From Bigelowiella natans CCMP2755 (lineage: Eukaryota; Protista; Cercozoa), in the NCBI GenBank assembly GCA_000320545.1, contig ADNK01001887.1:1-64000 (forward strand): 64,000 bases of DNA, read 5' to 3'. Positions 1 to 11,900 of this stretch are shown piece by piece. A model generated the notes under the pieces. It had not been told where the DNA came from. It saw only the letters and a program-made list of their open reading frames with translations, and did no database searches. The first letter of the stretch is position 1. The number at the start of each line of letters is the position of its first letter. The position numbers were made by a program, and so were the translations under genes.

Positions 1-36
1 TGTGTTGGTCGCCGTGCTTTTGCCCACTCGTCAAAG

Positions 37-289
37 GATGATGGCGTCACGTTAAAGGGGTTCAATGTAGTCGTGGGGGGGGGATGGGAAGAACGCACAA
101 AAAGGTCCTCTATCTTCATCAAAATCTGATCGGAATATGGCAATTGTCATTCATTGCTGCGAGAACTTTGTGATGAAGACGATTTGAGAGCTGTTTGATC
201 TTTGCCGCGTTGATTAGGAGAGCACCTTTGCGCGCGCCGCCGATCATCTTGGATTCGTGAAGCCTGATCAAGTAGTCGAGTTGTGCAAG
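37..289 (+). CDS. SiR: Ferredoxin-sulfite reductase, two internal exons (fragment)
   Basis: Exon 37-104 reads DDGVTLKGFNVVVGGG-MGRTHKK and exon 218-289 reads ESTFARAADHLGFVKPDQVVELCK. Both are bounded by AG/GT and match the GFNxxVGGGMGRTH..TFARxAxxLGFV segment of plant/algal SiR. The G run at 75-83 is one base short of frame. No downstream SiR exons were found. Confidence 0.8.
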
Positions 290-411
290 GTTACCTTTTT
301 ACGCGTGGCGCTTGAGTGAGCGTCTTGATCGATGCGTTGTTTGCTTGCCGTTCTACTGAAGTATAATTTCGTCGTGTGTTTTTTGGTGTTTTGGTTAGAT
401 TCATGTAGTTG

Positions 412-413
<2 letters not shown>

Positions 414-499
<86 letters not shown>

Positions 500-505
500 T
501 AGTAG

Positions 506-546
<41 letters not shown>
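414..546. repeat. Compound microsatellite (CT)n(GT)n(TAG)n(AG)n
   Basis: Directly visible tandem arrays. Confidence 0.97.
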
Positions 547-552
<6 letters not shown>

Positions 553-605
553 TGAGAGATCATATATGTGCTGACCACGACTGCTCGACACAATATCATT
601 TGAAG

Positions 606-951
606 ACTCTTCGGCGGGTGATTACAATGATGGCGCGCCATCTGGTATGTTTCACAGCATCATCTTGTAAATCTAAAATTATTGGTAGATGATGACGCAA
701 GTGGCCAATTAGGAGCTCCAGAGCAAAGCGGAAGCAATTCTCGTTTTCCTCGAAGTAAAGGTTACTTATCATGTTTTCATCATTATTCTGATGGCTCATT
801 TCATTTTCATGTTTGTTGGCGTCGATGGTGCTTTATCACACATTGAAATCAACTGATTTTGCAGTTGACCTCGCCAGTACTAGGAATAATGTGCTACCGT
901 CGCAAGGTGCAAATGCATCCCTTTCAGGTCGGAATGACACAGATAAAAAAT

Positions 952-998
<47 letters not shown>

Positions 999-3900
999 AT
1001 TGTAAAGGACATGTGAAAATAAAACAGATGGGGAAGAGGAAATGCCTGACAGTCGTATTTAAATCAGTCTTCATTTTTAACGTTTGCGTTGCACACTCCC
1101 GTTCATCTATTTGCGGAATATAACTCTTCTCTGTTCTCTTGTGGTTGCGATCCATCGTTTCTTAGAGAGTGCGCACGGGTTTTTGCGGCACATAGACCGC
1201 ACCCGATCAGAGATATACCTCACGTTGTATGACCCTCGAAAATACGATAAGAACTGGCGGAAGACAGCGTTGCACCAAGACATGGTCCGCATGTACATGA
1301 AATGGCATCAACACAACAACGAACTTGGAACCTTAATTATTGAATAGTACTCAATAATACTATCCTTATAATTGTCTCCTTCGTACCCTCCTCCCCGCCC
1401 AGGTTGCTCGCAATGGAGTCGCATCGAGCCTCAGCGCCTTTGAAAAGAAGCTGCCAAAGTCAATCGCCGCTGATAATAAGGCCAAGGTACTCGCCCGAAG
1501 TGGTTGATATGGCTGCTGGTTTGACATAGGATGATTCTCTTCTTTTTCCTCTTGACTGCTACGGTAAACTTCAATTGAACAACTGAGCGAATCGTGGGCG
1601 TTGTTGTGATGCGCGTAGGCACAAATGCTTCAATTGAGAGACTTAGGGTTGGAAGCGCCTCTCCGGAAAGAAAAAGTCCAGCAATATCATAACATCCCCA
1701 ACACATGCACAGACACATGCACACAAGCGCATACTCGTAGACGAAGTCTCATGACCTATTCCTCTGGCCACAACAGTACAGTAGATCCTTGCTGCATCAA
1801 TCAATATAATCTTCAAACCCATTTTGCAGCAGCTTGACTTGGGGGATTGTCTCTCGATAAACACTATCCATTTCACTGCATCCCTCTCCCTCTATCACTC
1901 TAACTTGTTTTTAATCTGAATCGTCATGCTACATATGTGTTTTTCTTCCCCTGCCAGTGGATCGAAAATATGATCTGGAAGTCATTCCTGTTAAAGCGCA
2001 AGCAAGATAGTGTGGATGCGTTCCATAGAGTTCCCCGCATGGAAATGAGCGATTTCTTCTTATTCATTATCCTCTTCGCCGATGGTAGAGGTACTTCTGG
2101 GGCGCAGCTGCAATGCAGCATTCGTAATGTCGATGCATCTTGTCGCGTGAACAAACTGCTTATCCATTAGAAAACCAGCATAAATTAGGTTGTTGTCGTT
2201 GCGTGTTGGATAGGTTCCAGCAGCAACCCCCCCCCCTCCTCCTATTCGTCATTTGCTGATCAATTCACCGAGTACGATCGCATCGGAAACGGCGGATCTG
2301 CAAAGATGCCAACGTGCAACGCGGCGGAAATGAGAGTCCTAGCATGGAACCTACTGCACTCTCTGTGAGAATTCAACAAAGAAGAAGAAGAAGAAGAAAA
2401 AAAGAACGACGGCCATGCCGATCATTCTAACGATTGCAGACGACAACGACGATGAATTATGAAAAGCGGGAAAAATAAAACCGATATACATGATAGGTAT
2501 GTATACGCTGGGAGAGGCAATGTGTTGGCGGAGATCTTTCTCAACTTCCTGGAAGGATGGTTCAAACTCGACACGCTGAATTTTGTGCTGGATCTTATTC
2601 GTATAACTGCAACCTGCCACGTGGGAATAACGTAATGCTCATCACCCGACCTCAATCCCCCATCTAGACGAATGGAGCTGATGCATCATTCTTTAATGTT
2701 CGAAAAACTTACGAGAGATCACGGGCTTTCCTTATTCATAATCTTTTCACACAAACACACTCTTGTTGCGATTTTACCGTATCAGGTTTCCTTCGGGGGA
2801 CAACGCTACAGGTACATTAACGTGCACGAAATCTATCACAAGAAAAAGCAGCACATCCAATATGCTACATCGTGTTGTATTTGAGATATGACGATGATGC
2901 TGACGAATGCTCTCTCATTCTCATTAGGAGATTATCCTGGAGACGACGACAATGGTAAATATCTCCCCCGCTACACTTTCGGCGCAAACCGAGAACATTT
3001 TCCTTGCATACGTCTGTGCTGATAAATAAAAGCTGAACGGTTCCATGATTGAGAATCTTCCATACCTGTTAGGATCGACACCGTACTGGGTCTGCTACCT
3101 CAGGTGTAGATGGGTAATTTTGTGATACAAGCAGACGTATTCAAATACACAGTTGAGAGCAATGGAACACCATCCTAGCTCATTCTCGGCCTAACCATCG
3201 ATTTATGTAAAGGTGGTTTCCAATATGATGCAGCGTTTTGGCCCCGCCGCTATCAAGTAAGTATTTAGTGTGTCGAGGTGATGGGATGATGACGTATGAT
3301 GATTAGTGAGATTCGTCAATGCATGTTATCTTGCTCTCTTGATTTCTTCATTGGAACTACTGTGGTCTTTACCGTAGGAGCTTAAACTCAAAGATAAAGG
3401 AAGCTTCTGAGGTTGGTTGCAGGGAGGGTACAAATAAGGGCATGGTAGTTCATGAAGAAAAGTCGATATGACTGCTGGCGAGATCGTGATTCATACAAAC
3501 AATTGGCGACTTTGCTGCAATACTAACAGTCTCTCTATCTTCTCTTAAAAGATTGCTGATGATGAGGTGTTGCGTATGCGAAGAAGAGCAAGACGAATGG
3601 TAGCTGTTTCAGTAGAAGAAGATGAAATACAACGATATTGTCGTCATAAGAGAGGCTATATTATGCATTTATGTGTACGTGTAGTTACGCCTTCTCAATA
3701 TGCAGCGACGATGGCAACGATGACACTGAGATTGATATCGGTGTGATGTTGTGAGGAGGGGTTATTATAACTCACTGACTGATGCGTCATTGTCGTCGTC
3801 GTCGTCGTCGTTGTTGTTGTTGTTGTTGTTGTTGTTGTTACTGCTGCTGCTGCTCATTCAGTTGCTGGAAGACCCTTTGGGAGAAAACTATTTGGGGATG

Positions 3901-4618
3901 GAGACTGAAAAAAAGTAGTTAGTAGTGTAAGTAGTAGTAGTAGCAGTGATAGTAGTAGGTGTAGTGCGATTGGTTTCCTTCCTCTCTGTATATCATTATT
4001 GTTATTATTATTATTATTATCATTATTCAATGAAGTACGATGATCATGTTCTCACTGTCTTACTCATCTGCACCCCCCCCCCCCACACTCCCTTCGCCAG
4101 ATATGAAGAAGCCACGGAAAGGAAGGCCAGAGCCAAGCAGATTGAGCTGGAAAATCTTCGGAAAGGTACACTTCGCCGCTGGAACGGCAGACTAGTGTGT
4201 TAAGTAATGATGGAAATTTCAGTGACTTTATAGTGCATTGAGCACAGTTATTGATGAAGCCTATTGACAACCATTAGGCGAGGGGGAAAAGAACAAAAAA
4301 ATCGTTAAGAAGAAGAAGAAGGCGGTAAGACTGACCCGTTATTTATGTCTACATGTAACTAATCCCTCAATATATGTTTTGGGATCACTCTAGGTCATGC
4401 ACCGCAAAGTTCGCTTTGATCTTTTTATCAAGTTTGCCATAACGGTAAATGATAATTACAATCGTAGTAATAGTAAGAATAATCTTTGCACCTTTGCAGC
4501 GGTGACAGTACCATCATCGAGTGAACCCATGGTTCACGTATTTTATGTTGCTAGAGAACTAATCGTACCTGGCAGATTTATTTCGCAGATGCCATTTTTT
4601 AAGATATTAAATATATAT

Positions 4619-4667
<49 letters not shown>

Positions 4668-7217
4668 AATATGTGTGTGTGTGTGGTGTATTATGTATCA
4701 TACACAGGAATACTGCAAGCAAAGCAAAGCTTACTTCGATTCGATATGCCAGTCCCCAGGTCGTGAGCATCAACGCTATTATTTCCCCTCCTCCTCCTCT
4801 TTCCCCCGCTTCCATCTCATGCCTTATCTTCTACCGCTCACGCCTCTTGGCAGCGGTCGGTTATGAAGTGTGTGTCAGTATGCATCGTGCCGTTGTGCAC
4901 CGCTGGTTTTGGATGAAAGATTGCCATTCCATTTGCATCCTCCTCCTCCTCCTACTGCTACGACTAATTATCGACATAAGTCTGCAAATGATAATTCACA
5001 GAACTGGGTGGCAGCGGCAATGACAGTAGCAGTAGTAAAGGTGCAAAGGGGAAGGCTTCTGGCGATAGCGTTGATGGCGGTGAGAGAGAAACTATTTAAA
5101 TACCATCCAAGTGTATGCTAGGTCACAGATAAATCACCTCAAAGCGTATTGTTCATTACACGGGCATCGTTCCTCACACCTTCTAAAATCAGTGGGTTGG
5201 AAGGAGAGGGAGAGGAAGAGAGAAAGTAGAGAGGTTTATAGGCTGAAGTATTGGCCAAAGTAACAAATGCTGTGTCGTAGTTCCATACAAAGCGCTGGCG
5301 ACTGTTATCGGGAAGGTAATTTCGCATAACTTATACATAGTAATATCGCCAAGTATAGGTTATGGAACGCTACGCACACATGCACAGAGAGGGGGAGGGA
5401 GAGAGGGGAGGGGGAGAGACGTATTATTTGTTGATCGTCTCTATAGTGTGACTGACCTGACTACTGTGTGGTATTCAGACGATACCCGAATTCGCTAACT
5501 TTGCTTACTTGCGGAGGCTTTACTACAATACCATCAAAAAGTAAGGAAAGAAGAATCATCATAGCTGCTGTTATGAAGGAAAAAATAGGCTGAAAAAATG
5601 GAGAAAGGAAATACATACTTATCAACTACTGTAACTACACTAATTACTACTACTTCTACTATTAATAATAATAGTAATATGTAGCAAGTGCAGATCAAGA
5701 ATGCCTTTTTCATTCTGCATGCAACAGGAGCTCTGAACCGTCTTCAGGACTCTCACAGGAAGGCACTGTTATGGCCATCTCCAAGCTCCTCTCCAACGGG
5801 GTATGCTGCGTCATCGTCATCATCATTATCATCATCATCATCATCATCATCATCCTCATCATCATCACCGTGCTTTCAGCTTATGTTAAACTATTTTTGG
5901 GCGACTGTGACTATACGGTTTTTTGGGGGGGTACTCCTACTACAAGACTGAACGAAAAAGTAATTCCTATCGTGCAATGACCACAACAACACAGGGCTGC
6001 ATGCTTTCGGTCGAAAATCCATGCGGACATCAAGCTAATGTCTCCACAGCAAGGTGCTGGTGCGCTTTCGGATAACAAAGACAAACTACATTCCACTGCT
6101 TAATGCTTCGTTGATGATATATTAACCATATTATTTAAACAATAGGATTTCCGAGCATCTTGGTGCTAAGTTCCTTGCATTAGTGCATGGAAGTTGGAAG
6201 GATTTGGCTCCGATCTACGATAAAGTGGTCGGCGCATTGAAGTCGAAGGAACTTAAAGAGGACAAGATGCTAGAGTTTACGATGGGGAATCAGGTACTTG
6301 AAGCAGCTTGCAGCGGGACTAACTATGCTTGTGATCATGGTGATGACGACGATGAAGATGATGATGATGAAGCAGATACCTTCCATTATAATACATATAT
6401 TAATTATATCGCCGCAGCACTGCACAGCTACGTTAGGATCACAATTGAAAAGATTTAATCACTTCATTACATCTGTCTCATATATGTATATGTATATATA
6501 ATTCGTATATCGTAGGTTTTAGTCCAGATGTTAGAACAGCGGAAAGCCCGATTGAACTCCCTGTTGGAACGCACCACAGAGCAGCTGAACGTAACCGAAA
6601 TCAACGCATGTTATTCGGAGCTGCTCGCAGATTTGGAGCGATTCTTCGACTACCGAGAAAATCAGAAGCGAATAAAGCTTGGGAACCACACTGTCGCCCG
6701 CTTGCAGTTCACGGATGGCCAGTTCCCAGAATTGGCAAAACAGGTCCTACAGCTCCTCATCTCCTTTCATAAAATCGTTTTCTTTAGAGGGGAGAAGCAG
6801 GGTGTTGTAGGTTAACGTTGAGATATGCTATTGTCTATATGTTAGAGAGGGAGGGAGAGAGAGAGAGAGAGAGAGAAGATGTTAGGCGAAAGAGTATGTA
6901 TGAATGCTTGCTCGCTTCTCTCTTCCTCTCTATTTCCAGGGTTATTTCTTAACTTGATTCTGTTGTCTATTAGATGACGGTGGCTACCTCCATTGCTAGG
7001 GTGAAGATGATTAAATTCATGGATTCTGTTAAAGAAATGATCAACTAAGCTAATGATAAGATGATGTAGGCATGCTACAATCCACGCGTGTAAGCTTGCT
7101 ATCATGAGGTGAATTTAAAGTAATTATTAGCAAATGATTGCGAGATCGACTTTAATCAAATTCACCACGAAAGCATGTAGAAAGAATGATGACGATGATG
7201 CTGATGAAGATGAGTAA
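606..7217 (+). CDS. Multi-exon hypothetical helical/coiled-coil protein, 5' end not identified
   Basis: A chain of mostly phase-compatible GT-AG exons, e.g. ESAHGFLRHIDRTRSEIYLTLYDPRKYDKNWRKTALHQDM, WIENMIWKSFLLKRKQDSVDAFHRVPRMEMSDFF, EYVYAGRGNVLAEIFLNFLEGWFKLDTLNFVLDLI and MLEQRKARLNSLLERTTEQLN. It ends VKNDDDDADEDE* at 7217. Confidence 0.7.
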
Positions 7218-8249
7218 TCACTCATCAATAATGCGCACAACGTTTACGAACAGCTGGTAGTTGCACTCGCATTCATTCAGAATCTATCTGCAAGTAGTGT
7301 GGTAGATTGATTGAAAAATCCATGATGCACAGACTATAAGCTGCTAAGTGTTGACTATCTCACGATTTTAAGCGTTTTATTTTGGCTTGCACTAAAGATG
7401 GGTATAGCGTATTCCCACATGCAAAAACTAAATCAAATAAAGCATAAGAATACCCATGAACTTACAACGGCTTAGTGCTTAAATGCAGCAAGAGCAAGAT
7501 ACCAAGGCGCACCACCTACATCGACCCTTGGAAATATAAATAGGCGCGTGTTTTCTTTCATGATCCTGCTGGGTCACAATTAGCACAAACGTTAGCGATT
7601 GTTGCACACATGCGTATGTAAATTTGTATCTGCGGCTCGAGCAACAAATGATCTCATTTGTATCTATACCTTACGTGTTAATAGTGAAACTGCTACTTGA
7701 AGCGGGTGAGCCTAAGTCCGCACGCTCTACACACTTCATTGTCGTTTTAATCCCGACGACAAATCGAAATGAGCTGAATTACTTGACATCAATCTTCTCA
7801 CCATCGTGTGAATGCCGGCTTAGCACGAGGATTTCGTGTACACGGACAACGTCTTGGGCAAACAAGAAAACATCAAAGCATTGGATCGAAGTTGAGCTCA
7901 GAAAGACCAAAGCCACCAGAGCTCCATTGTTTTTAACTGTGCATTGCCACCCAGCACGCAGCTAGCCGCTAATCGAACAAATTCAAAAAAAGCTCCATCG
8001 CGGAAAATCAACGACGACATCGTTATACAATTTGGCCTGATGAAAATCGCCTACATTTCAAACTTTTCTCCCGGTATGCCGATTTTGGTAATGCGAAGGC
8101 GCAGGAGATAAACGGCATCAATTTATGCAAATCCCGACGGAATAGCGGGTATTGGGCGAAATCCATATCACGTACGGAGGAGCGTCACCCTCTGCAGTGA
8201 TGATGATTAAACTGACGACGATGACGACGGCGACGGGGTCTAAGCCTTA

Positions 8250-8921
8250 ATGTCTTCCACATCACATGCTCCTAAAGCATGGTTGAAAATACGTCAGTTT
8301 TCAGTGCCGTGGCTCTTGATGGTAATATGTTTTCTAATTCTTCGCCGGTGCGTAGACCTCACTCCGCAATTTCAATCCCCTCTAGCTCGTCGTCGCCCAT
8401 GTTATGTGGCCTCCTTCAGCCCTGAGGACTCTCCTCGAATCCGGCTCCGAGATTTCCCAGAGAAGGAAGGTTCACAGCTCACGTTGGCGAACAACCGCCT
8501 TGAAGATCCGAGGAACCGTGATCAACCAAGGCAGACGCGACGCAACATCGCATTCCACAAATGAAGAAATTGCAGTGGCCCCTTGCTTGCCACATATCCC
8601 TAGCATACGACAGTACCATCATCACCATTATTGTGGGAACAGAGATTATTTGGTCCCCCAGGAAATGCATGGAGGGCAAAGCCTGAGAGACTTCGTTGTT
8701 CGTAAAAAGGGAGAGCAGCGCTGTGGTAGCTGTCCTCACCATTACTTGCTTCAAGCGCTGAGGGGTGGTGCTGCTGAGCCAGCAATTGATTTGGATAAAA
8801 AAACTCATGAAGTGAAGACGGCAAGGAAAAAGAAAGGAGTTGGCACTACAAACAAGGAGAGAAGCCACAAGCGTCAGAAACAACACGGAGCGCAGCGGTT
8901 CGTCGAAATCACTCTTTGCAT

Positions 8922-8952
<31 letters not shown>

Positions 8953-11900
8953 CGCGCGCTTGTGAAATGCACATATCGACTCGCATCACACTTATACAAT
9001 ATATCCTTCGGTATAAGAAAAATGCGTGTGGTTACTACACGCATGCTTGTATGTGTGCTATCTGGATTTCAGATATTGTGCACATCTCCCCAAGCTTTTC
9101 AGATTTACCATTTGTGGAACACTTAATTCTCAGGAGAACAAAAGAAATGCCACGCGAGCAGTTACCTGAGGGAATGGTTGGGTCGGCAAAATGCAGGCGG
9201 TTGTTGGTGGAAATCGGCGGCAGTGTTTATAGGGAAGGGGCCACTGCCCCCACCGAAAAGGCAATTGACGACTTAATCAAATTTCTCACCAACACGACGA
9301 AGAAGACGAAGGAGGAATCAGAAAATTGTAAGATTCCTGCCAGTCTTGCTAGTGAACATGGTTCTTCTTCTTCTTCTTCTTCCTCTTTGTCACCCATGCC
9401 TTCTTCAACGGACGCCAAGTACAGCTTATATCGCAGCATTCGGTCGCTTTATACATCCCACCGAGGGGCGCGGCGGGCATTCGAAAAATGCATCACCCGT
9501 CTTCTACTGACCCTTCCTCATCAACTCGCTGATGTTGACGATGTCCTAGCGGCCGCCATAAAGCTCAACCCCATCACGAATATGGGGGGGGCAGGCAAAG
9601 ATCGGAAAGTGGCTCAAATAGCCTGTATTTCTGGCATATCCGCAGTCGCTGAGAGCGGGAGACTCGTCAGCTCCAAGAAGAAGAAGTTTGAAGGGCTGCT
9701 CAAAGCAGTGGAGGTCCTGGCCGATCTGTGTATGGTTCCCAAGCTCAAAGGGTATGTCAATGATTATCATGTTACCGTGCCTTCTGCACACGCTGTCGTA
9801 GTTAGTATAATTTATGATTTGGCTATGTTTACTGCTGTCTCTTTAGCCAAGCATCGAGCTGCATGGCTTCTCTGCTGATGAGCATTAGCTCTGACCAGCT
9901 GCAATGGCTCCTGGGATCTTCTCCGGTTTTTGGAAGAGTTGCTTTCGCCGCCGACGAGGAGGAGTCTCTGAAAGAGAAACCTGATCGCAGCCAAAATCGA
10001 GGTGTTAGGAGGAAGAACAGGAGCCAGGAGAATCGTGACGACAGACATACCGATAATGACAACGACAGAGGCAATGACGATGATGATTCTGATGATGATT
10101 CTGATGATGATTCTGATATACTAGCCGCCAAAGCGCAAGTCTCATCTTCGTCGTCAACTTTCCTGGGTAGAATATTCATTAACAGCTCCACACGCCAACC
10201 CCACCCTCCCCAAGCACTGGCCACTCCTGGTGAGCTCTCAATCGCCCTGGCCCTCCACCGCCGCGTCACAAACAAGAAAAGCATATGTGGAGACGAAGCT
10301 GGAGGGTTGCGAGCTGCCTTTCGGGTTGCAGAGGCCTTCTTCGCAGCTCCTGACACGTGTGCAGAATTGATGGTAGGCACGGTCACAACGGAGGCTACGA
10401 TCCCCCTTGTGTGGGGCCTGGCATTTGGACTGCTGCAGCACTCTGATGATAGTAGGAGGACGAGGAGGAGGAGTAACGCTATCAGGCATCATGGGGCTGC
10501 TATATGCCATGACGACAACGATGATGATGGTGGCGACGACTATCACAATGATGGGGGGGAAGATGAGGAGGAGGAAGAAGGTGTGGAGAAGAAGCGGGGG
10601 GACAAGAAGATGGGGACTGCTCTGAGTCGTAGTGCACGCAGAAGGGAGAGGTATGGCAGTGGCAATGGTGGTGGTGGTGGTGGTGGTGGTGATAATGGGG
10701 ATAATGACGATGATGATATGTGATGAGAAGCATGCTGATGAGAAATTATTGAAAGAGAGGAAGGGAGAGAAATAACTTGATCATTACCCATTACCATCAT
10801 CATCATTATCATCATCAATCACCTATGGCTGCTATTGCGGCAATTAGGCATCGTTTGGTCTCCCTGTGGCACACACTCGTGGAGTCGCATTTGTGTGCTT
10901 CCTCAAGCAAGATCAAACATCAGCAGCTCGCATTTCTCATCTTCAAGTCGACCCTCCTACCGCCGTCTCCACTAGCAGAAGCATCCTCCTCCTCCTCCTC
11001 CTCCTCCCTCCTCCTCACTTCTAACCTGCTCTCACTCACCCGCTATCACGTATCGAATCCGAAATCCACGCTACATGCCGCGGCGGTGGACGTTTTGAGA
11101 TATATGATCGGAAGCTGCTCCAACAACTCGGCAAGGGCGGAGGCTACCCTCATGGCGCTGATGCACAACTCTACCTTAGCGACGACAACGTTAGCAGGGC
11201 CTGCTTCAGCAGTTTCACCCGCCTCTCCCCTGTCCTCCTCTCCCCCCTTTACGTCTATTGCAACCACAACGACGATAGGCGGGAGCAGCAGCAACATGGG
11301 AGTGATCTCTTCATTGATATCCCACTTAGAAGGCGGCGCGGTGGCGAGATGCAGCCGCACGATTCTCGATAAATTCCTGGTATTCAGGGGGGCACATGAG
11401 AGTGACGATAAAGACCGGAATGACGGTGGCGCCTTAAATATCGATGCTCAAACGAATGGGCTTGAACGACGTAAACGAAGAGTCGACCAAGATATTACCA
11501 CCGGCTTTGACGGGAAGAGCGACAGTCACAACGTCATCAACAACAACGAAGAGCACGACGCTGATGACGATGACATGGCACGTACAAACATCCAGCGCGG
11601 TGTGTTACTTGAGAATCTACAAAGGCTGGCAAAAATAGCTGCTCGATTTAACCAAACGGAGACGCTCGAATATATCGGCAAAGGGCTTTTCGCTGGTGCG
11701 TATCCCTCCCTCACCAACGAAGCTAGTTTTACAGCCAACTGCAGGAAGGATGATAAAAACGTCGCTAAGACGCAGCAGCAGGAGAAGGGAGGGGCAGGAG
11801 GAAACAAGAAAATAAAGAACAAGATTGGAACGAAGGGGCAGAAACAGGAAGAAATGATGAAGGATAGCGTATCACCATCATCATCGTTGTCATCATTTCA

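Noticed and set aside
75-83. Frameshift in the SiR exon (G9 where G10 is needed)
   Set aside because: A single-base homopolymer discrepancy is most simply a sequencing error and is not enough on its own to call a pseudogene.
268-1155. ORFs rich in SLSLSL, HTHTHT, RERERE or CVCVCV (here and throughout the window)
   Set aside because: These are translations of dinucleotide microsatellites in introns, not genes.
7640-8000. Possible small minus-strand gene (LVALVFLSSTSIQCFDVFLFAQDVVRVHEILVLSRH)
   Set aside because: No convincing start or recognisable family, and too short to support.
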